A stretch of DNA of 64,000 nt, taken from the NCBI RefSeq assembly GCF_001447785.1, contig NW_015177016.1, positions 524,502-588,501 on the forward strand, given 5' to 3'. The translations under genes were made by a program, and so were the position numbers. Positions 25,334 through 37,416 of the stretch are shown here, piece after piece (the first letter of the stretch is position 1; every line of letters begins with the position of its first letter). Under the pieces are notes generated by a model. It made no database searches, was not told the origin of the DNA, and was given only the letters and a program-made list of their open reading frames with translations. This DNA comes from Gekko japonicus. Taxonomy: Eukaryota.

Positions 25334-26014
25334 TATATATATAATGTGTATAACAGTTGTGAATATAAAAGAGGCTGTTTAAAAGTCATTTTTTCAGTGC
25401 CGCTATCAGGAAGGGCAAAGAACACAAGTGAAACTAATTGTGCAAGTTTTTATTTATCATTTTAGTTGTTTTCATGGCAATGGTGGAAAGTCCTGTCAAG
25501 TTGCAACTGATTTGTGATGATCCCCATAGAGTTTTCAAGGCAAGAGATGAACATAGGTGGTTTGCCATTGCCTACCTCTTCATTGCAGCCCTGGACTTGT
25601 TGGAAATATGTGTGTGTTGCAAGGTCTAATTTAGTCATCGTAGGGTTAATCTGTTTACCTTGTGTGCTGTTGTTTAGACTGACCTGGAAGGGAAACCTGG
25701 CTCAGAGCCAATGCAAACAATGCCCTCGAAATCTAAGTCTGTTTACTCACAATCATTGGTTAATGTATTCAGTTGATTTCCTTCTAGGGGTCAAGAAGAA
25801 GAATCTCCATTACAGTTGTTGTTGTGATACCGTGTGGTTGGTCTGTTCTGTAGCTGTAGAGATGTAGCCTTAGGTCTTTTACTTTGCAGCTTTTCCTGTG
25901 TACCCTTCCCTTAGAAATAAAGATTTTTACACAGAAATAAATACCTCCTCTCCAGTGAAGCAAAGATCCATTGCAAACTCTGAATATCTATGTATTTTTG
26001 CCAATTTTTCCAAC

Positions 26015-26098
26015 AGGACTTCCTTGGTGATCTCTAATACATACTAACCAAATACTAACCCTGCTTACCTTCCAAGATCTAATGAGACCAGGCTAGAA
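26015..26098 (-). mobile_element. Degraded 5S-rRNA-derived SINE head
   Basis: actaaccctgcttaccttccaagatctaatgagaccaggct resembles antisense 5S CCCTGCTTAGCTTCCGAGATCAGACGAGATCGGGC. Confidence 0.5.
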
Positions 26099-28299
26099 CG
26101 TAGTCACATGAAAACTTGCTAGTGGAAACTGAGATTGCTATTTCACACAGGACCCTTTTACTATCAACATACTAGTTATCCTATATGTAAAAACTGCTTT
26201 TATTTTTCACATTGTAGCATAACTAAGGAACAGTAATCACTTTGTGTACCTTGTGCATAGAGAGAAACACTGCCTAGAATGTTTCTTCCAGATCAATAGA
26301 TGGGGCAAATGACACTTCTGTTTTGAAGTGGGTGCCTTAAGGCAATGCCTCTTGCTTTATACTGCACTCTTATGTTTATATCCAATCAAAATTAATCCCT
26401 CAGTTTCATCACTTAATCCCCCCCCCATTTTAACAAAACTTTCAACAACTGTTTACTCTGTATAAAATAGGATAGTTACTAGTTCAATAGGCCAGAAGCA
26501 AGAATCAAACACCTTGGACAAACTGGAGAAAGCTCTGATATAAGGTTTTAGATCCTTAGAAAAGTCTGAAATCAAATGGGTTACAAAGCCAATTCTTGAG
26601 AAACTCAGTGGCCATTCTCAATTTTGATCTGTCTAGATACAGGAACCTAAGATTCACTTAATGGACATCCAAGCGTGCCGGCATTTCCACTTTGATTTGT
26701 AGTCCCCCCCCCTTTGAGTAGCATTCCTCCATACTGTATCACAAAATGCTTGAAAAGTCCCTTTACTTTCAAAAGGTGTTGTGTGGGATGGAGACTTGAG
26801 AAAGAGCCAACTTGTGACACGCAGAAGTATTTAAATCTTTGAATCTCCATCTGTGTTGATTCATTCTGTTAGAACTCACCCAACAGGGATAGTCAAAAAT
26901 CCTATTAAATCTGATTGATTTGATTTATATCTCACCCTCCCCCACGAGCGGGCTCAGGGCAGGTCACAAAATACTTCTAACCCACCCTCCCTTGCACGGC
27001 AGGGCTTAGGGTGACTAACAAGTGAATCTGCCCCCCCCATTCATTGGGTCAGTGAACAGTTGAATCTGCCCCCACACACAACTGTTCATTGAGTCAAAAC
27101 TCAATATATGGGACTTCTGATAAGGAGTCCGAGCAAGGTTCCGCCCCAGTTTTCTTTGCTGTCATCTTCAAAGAGAACATACATTGGGGGAGGGGAATGG
27201 AAAATATGTGTTGTGTGTGTATGGTTTTGAAAACCTACATTCCAGACATAATTGGAAAGTGTATTCAGGTGTTCCTTGATTTCTTCCAAGCATGTACACC
27301 TGCGGAGGGGGGAACTCCTTTAAGTTCCTGGATGTGTAATTGTGTGACTGTGGCCCTGCTAGGGGGCAGCAGGACATCCAAAGTGTCTTCTGTGGTAAGC
27401 AGAGACTCACTTAGACTCAGTGGTGCTCTTTAAGGCTTTCTTTATTACCATGAACCAAGGCTACAAAGGCATCCACACAACTGCAGTTCCCTTAACCCTC
27501 CTGTTCTGCATCTTCAAAACCTCAGGAGACTTCTGTTATTGGTATGTTCCACCAGGCCTGAGCAGGTCTGGCTGTCTTGTGTTGCCTAAGGCCATAACTC
27601 CTCCTTTAGGTTCCTCTTCATCCCTTCTCTGTGCTGCCTTCTCAGCCTTTCCCACCCAGCTCACCATTGGAGCAGGGCCTGCTACCTCGCTGAGATTGGG
27701 CCTGCTACCTCGCTGTCGCATGCACACACATGTTCATCATATCCTTCCTCTAAGCAGCTCAGAGTGGTATACGTGGTACTCTCATCATCTGTTTTATTCT
27801 CACAACAATCCTGTGAAGTAAGTTACTTGAGAAAGTGTGACTGGCCCAAGGATACTCAGTGAGCTTTGTGTTTTAGCAGGAATTTCATAATGATCCCTGA
27901 CTCATGGCATTCTCTAAATATGTACTCATGTCACTCTGAATATATTTTTCCTGGTGCGAACAGTGAGTGATTGGAATGTATAAGATACTTGTTCCTGAAC
28001 TGTAAAAATCTAGGGAATTTGGACATAAATGTCTTGTAGAGCTTCTGTAAAGATGCTGGGGCCCTAACTCTGGCAAGTTTCCTAGAGGAGGAAGTTCATA
28101 GCTGGGGGACAGCCATTTAAAACACCTCTCTGAAGGTCAGTGCTCTGTGAAAAAGGCACAACGGTGGTAATCGTGCAACAACACTGTTTATTATAACGTG
28201 TGCTTTCATTTTTCCAGTCTAGATGCTCTGTATAGTTTGGGGATCATTCATATGTCAATAGACACTGTTGAGTTTTTGTTGTGTGTTTATATATTTCAG

Positions 28300-28527
28300 T
28301 CTACCTTATTAGCTTTTGGCTGGAGAAATGCGTTTAAAGATCTGTCCTCTTCAGTGGCATACTGTATAACAATTGCTGTTGAAGATTTTTCCACTAAAAT
28401 TCTTCAAAATGAGCAGAAAGAACAGTCCTCATCTTTCAACTGTGTGATAAATCTTGTAAACGTACAATGCATGGAGAAATCTCAGGGAGTTCTTCATGAG
28501 AAAGAGCAACCAAAACAAATTTTAAAG
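28300..28527 (+). CDS. KIAA0825: KIAA0825 internal coding exon, phase 0 to 0
   Basis: tttcag|TCT ... TTAAAG|gtatgt. STLLAFGWRNAFKDLSSSVAYCITIAVEDFSTKILQNEQKEQ..EQPKQILK matches recalled KIAA0825 motifs TLL.FGWR.AFK and FSTKILQ.EQ. Confidence 0.92.
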
Positions 28528-29132
28528 GTATGTATCTAAAGGTCTAAAATGTGAGGATTTATAGAATGCCAGACCTTGAAGTACTTGCAGTACCAGTAAT
28601 ACTCCAGAAATCACATAAACAGAATTAATAAAAAAGTAAAAAAGAAATTGTGCTAAATTATTGAACAGAACATTATAGATCTCAAGGCTATATTAAAAGA
28701 AAGCAGACATTAGAAGGTACCAGTTTTTAAAATTGTTGTTAACACCCTTCTTCTTCTGCAAGCAAACACTTGTGAAATTTAGATGTGCAAGACATTTTCT
28801 TTCTTAAACATTTGAGCTATATTGAGAAACTGAAGATTGTACACAAGCAGGCCAGTTTACCCATTTAAATGGAATGAAGAATCTATTTTTGTTGCTTGTG
28901 TGATTGCATGGTTTTTAGACTGTGTTATACATCCAGCAAAATCTTTGATTTTATATAAAATTAAACCTAAAATTAAATATAATGCTACTTGCAACCAAAT
29001 TTGGGCATATGGGCAACAATCTACTTTGTCTGTGGATCACACACTAGAGGCTGCATTTCCTATTGCTCTACAACTGCCACCTCTCCCCCATTACTGGAGA
29101 AACTGAAATGATAAACTGTGTTAAGAAGAACC

Positions 29133-30582
29133 TAGAATCACAGAATCACAGAGTTGGAGGGGCCATAAAGGCCATCTAGTCCAGAGGTGTCAAACTCATT
29201 TGTTACAAGGGCCAGATCTGACATAAATGTCACTGTGTTGGGCTGGGCCATGTGTGCCATAAAATATAATGCCAGGTAACAGAAATATCAACTTTATAAA
29301 GGATACAGGCTGACCCAATTAACAATATTATTTTTAACTCAAAATACAAACAAAAGCAATTGATTCCCAGCAGTGAAAAGAATTGACTTACTAGGGAGCC
29401 CTCAGAAGCACCCAATAAATGTATTTAATCATATGCACGGCTAGTTTTTTCCATACATAATAATTGCTTGCGGGCTGGGTAAGAGCCCTGGATGGGCTGG
29501 TTCTGCCCCCCGGGCCTTATGTTTGACAGCTTAGATCTAGTCCAACCCACTGCTCAATGCAGGACCAGCCTAGAGAATCCCTGACAAATGTTTGTGCAGC
29601 TGCTGCTTAAAGACTGCCAGTGAGGGGGAGCTCACCACCTTCCTAGATAGCTGATTCTCCTGTTGAACAACTCTTATTGTAAAATGTTTTTTCCTAATAT
29701 CCAGCTGGTACCTTCTCGCTCTTTATTTAAACCCATTATTGCAAGGCCTATCCTCTTCTGCCAACAGGAATAGCTCCTTGCCCTCCTCTAAGTGACAGCC
29801 CTTCAAATACTTAAAGAGAGCAATCATGTCCCCCCCTCAACTTCCTCTTCTTCAGACTGAACATTCCCAAGAGCCCTCATGGATCAGACCAGGGTGCCAT
29901 CTGATTCAGCATGCTTTCTCACATAGTTGCCAACCAGTTACTCTGGAGGATCAACAATAGGGCACAGAGACCTTCTCCTGATGTCGCCTCCTGACACAGA
30001 GGTTTACTATGAATGTGGAGGTTCTTTAGTTACCTTCGCTAGTAGCCACTGATGGACCTGTCTATCTGATTCCCCTTTAAAGCTGTCTATGCATCCTCTG
30101 GCTGTGAATTCCACATTTTAGTATTTTGTTTTGTCCATCTTTAATCTACAGCCCTTCAACTTCATTTGGTATCCCCAAATTCTAATATTTTGTGAGAGGG
30201 AAAGTTCTCTCTGTCTACTCCATGCGTAATTTTATAAACTTCTATCATGTCTCCCCTTGGTTGTCTCTTTTATAACCTGAAAGAGCCTGGACTCTTTAGC
30301 CTTTCTTCATAGGAAAGGTGCTGCAAACCCTTAATCATCTTGGTTGCCCTCTTCTGTAATTTTCCTAGTTCAGCAATGTCCTTTTTGAGATACGGTGACC
30401 AGAACAGCATACAGCATTCCAGCTGAGGCTGTTTTATTTTCAATCTCTTTCCTAGTAATTCCCAGCAGAGAGTTTTCCTTTCCTTTTTCACTATTGCTGC
30501 TGCACTGAGTTGGCTTTTTCATTGAGCTATTCACTTTGACTACAAGGTTTCTTTCCCTCTCAGTCTCAGCAGGTTTTGACTC
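29133..30582 (-). mobile_element. Two adjacent CR1 3' fragments; the second continues after the Gypsy insertion at about 35350-36020
   Basis: (AGAATCAC)n tail at 29133; WSPYLKKDIAELGKLQKRATKMIKGLQHLSYEERLK on the - strand; CR1 RT remnant after 35354. Confidence 0.85.
29182..29534. mobile_element. hAT-Charlie-type MITE inserted in a CR1 3' UTR
   Basis: cagaggtgtcaaac / gtttgacagcttag termini; 8-bp TSD atctagtc (29174-29181 / 29535-29542) with Charlie-type NTCTAGNN target. Confidence 0.82.
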
Positions 30583-30860
30583 TGAAAAGTACTGGGTTTG
30601 CCGCATGGAGGACTCAGACAACGACATGCGTTTGCACACGTTTATTGTACTTAACATTGAAACTGAAAAATTGCCCTGCAAGGCCAACTATATACACACC
30701 CACCCAGCACACCCACACTCCCATTGGACGGTTTGAATTTCCTGCCAAAGTAGCTATTGGTGAATGCTGGGGGAACTAGGATCGTAGGTTCCTATTGTTT
30801 AGAGGAGCTAAGCTCCTGACTGTAGCTGCGGATCCCTAGTGGCAGTCCGTGTACGTAACA
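30583..30860 (-). repeat. Gypsy 3' LTR (278 bp)
   Basis: TG...CA; direct repeat of 35075-35349; AATAAA on the - strand (tttatt near 30641). Confidence 0.95.
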
Positions 30861-30899
30861 CCCCTCCCCCCATAGTTCCGACCCTACCTATGTAATATA

Positions 30900-33155
30900 G
30901 TCCTTTATATAGGCGGTGGGGGGGTCCGTCGCTCTCTGAGGGAACGACGGGGGGGGCTGGTATTGGGTCACTGGCTATGGGTTCCAGTTGCCTTGCTGTG
31001 ACCTGGGACTGAAACGCCTGTTGTGGTGGCTGAAGTGTCTCTGGTTCTGTTGGTTCTGGTGTTGGTTCACTCGGGGAGGCTTCCTCCATGCTCGAGGGGT
31101 CTGGATGAATACTGGACTTGGGTGTGTGAGTGCCAGTTCCTGCAGCCAACGGTAGTTGCTCTCCTGCCTCCGGGAGCTGTCGCCGCCTTAGTTGGTCAAG
31201 GTGCTTCTTTAAGAGCCTGCCATCTTCCGCCGATACCTCGTAAAATACCGGCCCTGTGACTTTGATCACTCTTCCTGCCAACCAGGGGGTTCCAGTTCTG
31301 TAGTTCCGGATGAATACTGGGTCACCCGGGAAGAACCCTCTCAGATCATCTCGCTGTTCCACCATCCTCTTGGAGTCTGGTACCCGGTCCAGGTGTAGCC
31401 GATCCAACAAGGTCACGGCGCGTCGACCCATCATTAATTCTGTGGGGCTGTGGCCAGTGACGGGGTTAAGTGTTGTTCTCTGGGTCAGGAGAAAGCGGGC
31501 TAGCCAGAACTCCCAGTCCCCGTCTTTTATCCTGTTGAGGGATTCCTTTGCTGTCTGCATCATCCTCTTGGCCTGGCCGTTGGTCGCGGGGTGGAAGGGT
31601 GGGGATCTGATGTGCTGTATCAGGTTCTTTTGGAGAAATTCCTGGAACTCTACCGAAATGAAGGATGCCCCGTTGTCAGAGACTATCGTGTCCGGCAGCC
31701 CGTGCGTAGCGAAGATCCAGCGGAGGGATCGAATCACGGCCTTCATCAAAGTGGTAGACACATGGCTGATCTCCAGCCACTTCAAGTAGGAGTCAACCGC
31801 CACTAAGAATAACAGTCCCTGGAATGGTCCGGCAAAATCGATGTGTAGCCAGGACCATGGTTTGCGGGTTGACTCCCAAGGCTGTGTTGGCGTGCTTGGT
31901 GGTTTGGGTCGTACTTCTTGGCAGGTTTGGCACTGTTGGACCCACGACTCGATGGTGGCATCGATTCCCGGCCACCACACATAGCTCCTGGCCAGTGCCT
32001 TCATCTGGACGATGCCTGGATGTGCCTCTTGGAGTGCCGTGCAGATTTGTTGTCGCAGGGGTTCAGGGACCATGACCCTGTCCCCCCACAGCAAACATCC
32101 CTTCAGGGCTGAGAGTTCATCTTTCTGGCTACTGAAAGCTGCAAACTCGGGCCCCGGGGATGATGTGGGCCAACCCCTCACCACCCAGCCCCAGCCCTGG
32201 GAGAGGACAGGGTCACGCGCTGAACGTGCAGCACTGTCGGCAGCTTGCAGAGGAGGCTCCGGAAGACCTTCGAGGAGCAGGACCCCAGGAGCAGGATCGG
32301 TGTTAGTGGACGGCAGTGGCAGCCGGCTCAGGACATCGGCATGTCCCATCGCCTTGCCCGGGCGGTGCTCCAGGCGGTAGTGGTATCCAGCCAGGAAGAG
32401 GGACCATTGGAGGACTCATGGCGTGTCTGCTTGTGTGCAGCGAAGAGGCTGAGGAGAGGCTTGTGGTCTGTTGCGATCGTGAATGGGCGCCCGTAAACCA
32501 AGTTATGAATCTTCTTGACCCCGGCTGTGATAACGAAACCCTCCCTGTCGATTTGCGCGTAGTTGCGCTCAGCGGCTGTTAAGGTCCTGGAGTAATAGGC
32601 CACGGGAACCTCGCAGCCGTCAGGGAGGATATGGCCCAGGACCGCACCAATGCGGTAGGGGGAGGCATCACAAGAGAGGACCACCAGCAAGGATTCATTG
32701 AAGTGGGCCAGCACGTTGTTGGAAATTAACAGTGACTTAATCCCCCTGAACGCTGCTGCTTCTTTCGGGCCCCAGGACCAAGGAGCCGACTTGTCAAGGA
32801 GGTGGTTTAGGGGCTCTGCAACTTCAGCCTTGTGCGGCAGAAAGGTGTGGTAGAAATTAATCAGTCCCAAGAACGTCTGTAGCTCTGCTTTACAAGTGGG
32901 TGTGGGGGCCTCCATGATGGCCTTCACCTTGTCCTTAGCTGGATGGAGGCCGGCTGCATCGACCCGGAACCCCAGAAAGTCCACTTCGGGGACCCCAAGG
33001 AGACATTTCTCCCATTTCACTTTGAGGCCAGCCGAATCAAAGCGTTGCAGGACGGCATGGAGGTGGGAGGTGAAGTCATCAGGGGAAGCCGCGGAGACAA
33101 GGACGTCATCAAAAAATGGTGTCACTCCACGGATCCCTTTTAACAAGGAGTCCAT
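30900..33155 (-). pseudogene. Gypsy RT C-terminus / RNase H / integrase (frameshifted)
   Basis: FFDD; CDASPY.IGAVL, AERNYAQIDRE, TDHKPL (RH); HPGIVQMKALARSYVWWP..CQTC, HIDFAGP, VSDNG, NGQAKR (catalytic E replaced by K). Confidence 0.92.
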
Positions 33156-34900
33156 TCATTGTTGGAAAATCTCCAGGGTACACTTACACCGAACTGTAGC
33201 CTCTTTACCTTTAAAAGCCTCCCTGTGCGGACTATCATCTGGGCCGTGGCCTCATCAACCGGCAACTGTTGATAGGCCTGTGCTAAGTCTAGTTTGCCAA
33301 AAATCTTAGCTCCTGCCAGAGAAGCCAGGACATGACTTACGACTGGGACCGGGTAGGAGTGGTCGTGGAGGGCCTTATTAAGTGTACATTTGTAGTCCGC
33401 ACAGATGCGGACGTCGCCATTTGGCTTGACAGGGGTAACTATCGGGGTATCCCAGATGGCGTGTGATATTGGCTCTAGGACCCCCTGTGCCACTAATCTG
33501 CCAACCTCCGCATCAATTTTGGGCCAGAGTGCAAGCGGAGCTGTGCAAAATCGCATGCAGAGAGGGGCTACGGTGGGGTCTAATTGCAATGAAATTGGGG
33601 GCCCTTTATAACATCCCAAAGCCCCATCAAAAACGGCGGGGAACTCCCCGCAAACCTCCGCAAAATCCCTCTGAACACATTTATTAACCTCCCCAATCGT
33701 GATGCCCAATGGCGCAAACCAGGCCTGCCCCAAAAGACTTACAAGGTTCCCCTCCACCACAATCAAGTCCAGCAATCCCTCGAAACTCTGGTACTGCACC
33801 CAGAAGGTTCCCACACCCCGAATTGGGACTGGGTTCTTTTGAAAGTCCACCAAACATAGAGGGGAAGGGCGTAAGTGGGGTCCCCCAATAGGACAAAGTC
33901 TGTGCATCATGTCCACTGAAATGATGGATGCCACCGACCCCGAGTCCACTTCCATAGGGCAGGGGGACCCCTCAATCTGGACCGTGACTTGGATCTTCGG
34001 GGTAGCAGACAGGTTGGGGAGGCATAATACCTGAAGGGATGGCCAGTTGGTGAGGTGGTAGAGTTCGGAGGTTTTTGCTGTGGTCTCGTAGGTGGCAGCG
34101 ACCTGGTGTTGGGGCTGGGCTGGAGGTTGCTGGTGCCAGTTTCCCTTGGACTGGCAGATGCGGGCGAGGGGACCCTGTTTTCTGCAAGTGTGGCAAGTTG
34201 TGTCCCGGAACCGGCATGACTTGCGCTCGTGCAGCTCCCCGCAGCTGGCACACAAGGAACGGCCGGCGGCTTTGCGAGGTATCCTGGAGCTGCGGGTCCC
34301 GGTGGTTTCTGGCGAGTGGGTTGGCAGATGAGACGGATGTCCTCCTCATCGGAGTTCTCGGGCGCCGAGTCAGGAAGCACCAGATGAGAAGCTGCCAAGG
34401 GTCGGTTACGGTGGGAGGCCTCGTGTGCAATGGCGAGTTGAAGGGCCTCGTCGATCTTTATGTCGGCGGTGCCAATCATTTTCCTGCACAGCTTTATGTC
34501 ACTGATGCCCCAGGTGAACTGTGTCAGGAGGTTTTCCTCCACCTTGGTGAAGGCACAGTCCATTGCAAGCTGGCGCAAGGCAGCCATATATGCAGTGGCT
34601 GACTCATTCAGCTTTTGGATGCAGCCCTGGAATTCAATCCGTCTGGCAGCATTGTTGGCCGGGGCCAGAGGTATCAGGTCAGGGTGTCAATGATTTCCTC
34701 GTAGGTACATTCGAAGATCGCCCTAGGTGCCAGGAGACTCTTTGCGAGTTGAACAGTGTTCATGCCGCAGGAACTGAGGAGAAGGGCCCGTCGTTTGCCC
34801 AGATCGGTTACCTCATTGTAGTCGAGGTGGCAGGTCAGCTGGTCCATCCATGAGTCCCAGAGTTCTGGATGGGGTGGATCGAAGATCTCCAGGTTTCCTC
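33140..34900 (-). pseudogene. Gypsy gag / zinc knuckles / protease / RT N-terminus (frameshifted)
   Basis: YMAALRQLAMDCAF (gag); CASCGELHERKSC..CHTCRKQGPLARIC (two knuckles, second H to P); MEVDSGS (aspartic protease); VRICADYK, KLDLAQAYQQ (RT). Confidence 0.9.
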
Positions 34901-35074
34901 AAGTGGAGGCCATGGCTTTGGCGTGGAGCATGGAGCGGTGTCCTGGGTGTGGTGCATGGTGCGGTGCTGCTCGGGAGCGATGCGGGGCGTGGTGACATCG
35001 GCTGGATCAATGCTCAGTGCTGCACTTGGATGTGAGCCAGGCCTGGCTCAGCAGTATCCCATCCTCGCCGCCAC

Positions 35075-35349
35075 TTAAAAGTACTGGGTTCGCCACATGG
35101 AGGACTCGGACAACGACATGCATTTGCACACATTTATTGTAAACACTGAAACTGAAAAACGGCCCTGCAAGGCCAAGTATATACACACCCACCCAGCACA
35201 CCCACACTCCCATTAGATGGTTTGAATTTCCCGCCAAAGTAGCTATTGGTGAATGCTGGGGGAACTAGGATCCTAGGTTCCTATTGTTTAGAGGAGCTAA
35301 GCTCCTGACTGTAGCTGCAGACCCCTAGTGGTGGTCCGCGTACATAACA
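35075..35349 (-). repeat. Gypsy 5' LTR (275 bp)
   Basis: Direct repeat of 30583-30860 with about 20 substitutions and one 3-bp indel by manual count. Confidence 0.95.
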
Positions 35350-36226
35350 GACTCCATTAGCATGTGCTTAAAGTTAGGATTTTTTGTTCCAATGTGCATT
35401 AGCTTACACTTAACCTACATTAAACCACTTGTCACTCACCTAAACTGTGGAGATTCTCCTGGAGCTCTTCACAGCTGGCCTTTTCACCACACTGAACAAT
35501 TTTACGTCATCTGCAAACTTGGCCACTACAGTGCTTACCCTCAGTTTCAGACCATTTATGAATTAAATAGCGGTGGTGCAAATACCAATCCTCATGGGAC
35601 CTCACTGCTTTCCTCCATTGAGAAAACTGCCCAATTATTCCTAGCTAATTTTTAATCCATAAAAGAACACATCCTCTTCTCCCATGACTGCTAAGCTTAC
35701 TTAGGAGTCTTTGGTGAGGTCAAAAGCATTTTGAAAGTCTAGCTATATAATGTGTACCAGGTCAGCATTATCTTGTTGACTTTCTCAAGGACTTCAAAAG
35801 GTTGGCTAGGCAGGACTTCCCCTTGCAGAAGCCATGCTGATTTTCTCCGGGCAGGCTTTGTCCCTCTATTTGCCCAATAATTCTGTTTTTGACAAACATT
35901 AGGGACAAACATTTTGACAAACATTAGGGACAAACATTAGGCTAACTGGTCTGTAATTTTCTGGTTTTTCTCTGGACCTTTAAAAAATGGTGTAACATTT
36001 GTTTCTCTCCTGTCTGCTTCCCAGTTTTTAAAAATTATTTTTCTAGCAAGTATTTTCTGGGATTTTTTGTATTTTACCTTTACGTTTTAATGTCAGGAAG
36101 TATAACGGTTATTAAAACCTACAAATCTATTTGTTCTGTGACAAGTACATTATTTGTTGTGCTGTATGTAAATTAAAAATCGCTGTCAAACAAAAAGCAA
36201 CTGAATGCCACATTTATTTTCCTTAG

Positions 36227-36492
36227 TTTTGTTCTGACATCCTGGAAGAACTTGACACATTGCTACCACTGGCTCTGGCATGCAGAGATGAATCTCTTCA
36301 GGAAATTAGAGCCAACTTTGTAGAGGCTTCCTGCAAAGTAGCAACAGCTGTCCTGGAAAGGTTGGAGGAGAGAAGTAAACACATCCCTTCCAGAGCTCCA
36401 CTGCAGAACTTGTATGCTGTTCTCTCCACCTCAGTGCATGTCTGTCAGCATTTTAAGATGTATCATAATTTAATGAAAGAGAAGAGTAAGAA
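36227..36492 (+). CDS. KIAA0825: KIAA0825 internal coding exon, phase 0 to 2
   Basis: ttccttag|TTT ... AAGAA|gtgagt. [57 protein letters not shown] is highly characteristic of KIAA0825. Confidence 0.95.
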
Positions 36493-37265
36493 GTGAGTCT
36501 CCTCCATTCTATTGTTTTATTACACTATAAAATGCCTGTATATTATTTCATTCAGCAGTGGAACGAATTACTTAAAAAGTAAACAGAACTTCAAAGAAGA
36601 GTGCCACGTTCCTTTCTGTCTTGAATTTCTCTTTGTTGTAATGTCTTTCTTGGCCTGTTATATAGTTTTCAACCTTTGTACTCCACTGGAACTGGCAATT
36701 TCAGACTCAGTAGCTGTGATCAGATGTCATGAACAAACCACCGTTTGTTAGTGTTGACAAGAAGCCTGGCAATGGTTGGGCTGTCATCCTCTCTGCTTGT
36801 GCACACTGCTGTCGAAGGGGTCCTCATTTACAACTAACTGAAATTTGTTGTGACATCCACAGTGGATTGTTTAACAAATTGCAGTTTGTTTCTTGCTTAC
36901 TGATTAGGATTCTCAGATAGGATTAAGCTACATATCACATTGTTTAGAAATCAGCATTTAGAATTGCACTTCACATTTCAGCAGCAGCAAAATAGCTATC
37001 CGAGATAATGACAAATAGTGGATTGACAGTTCTGTTTGCTTAAAGCAGAAGTACAGTACATATTTGTAGAATAGCAGATGTAGATTTTCAAAGAGCCTTT
37101 GTAACAAAAAACAGATTTTAAAGTGAATGCGGGTTTGGATTCAAGAACTGAGAGGAAATGAATGATTGATACTTAATAATACAAACCATTTGTAGAACTG
37201 TAGATTGATACCTCCAACTGCACTGGCCTTAAATCTTTTTCTCTTTGATCATTCCATTTAAACAG

Positions 37266-37416
37266 GCCTTTATTCCTGGTGCCTCTCCAGCGATATCAGG
37301 AATTGATCAGTGTTCTGCAATTTCAAGTTAAAAACTACTGCATCAGAGTTTGTGCTACAAGCATTTTACAGGATGCTGAGAGTCACTATTGGGATGACTA
37401 CAAAGCTTTTTATGAG
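37266..37416 (+). CDS. KIAA0825: KIAA0825 internal coding exon, phase 2 to 0
   Basis: aacag|G CCT ... TATGAG|gtgtgg. [50 protein letters not shown]. Not in the ORF track (no start codon) but read directly. Confidence 0.95.

Larger units (their letters stand above)
30583..35349 (-). mobile_element. Full-length Ty3/Gypsy (Mag-like) LTR retrotransposon, 4767 bp, frameshifted
   Basis: LTRs 35075-35349 and 30583-30860; 5-bp TSD gactc; PBS TGGCGGCGAGGATGGGAT (tRNA-Ser-like) next to the 5' LTR; PPT GGGGGGAGGGG next to the 3' LTR; domain order gag-PR-RT-RH-IN. Confidence 0.97.

Noticed and set aside
30808-32349. 513-aa ORF as a domesticated integrase gene or active element
   Set aside because: Part of a frameshifted provirus with diverged LTRs and a mutated catalytic glutamate.
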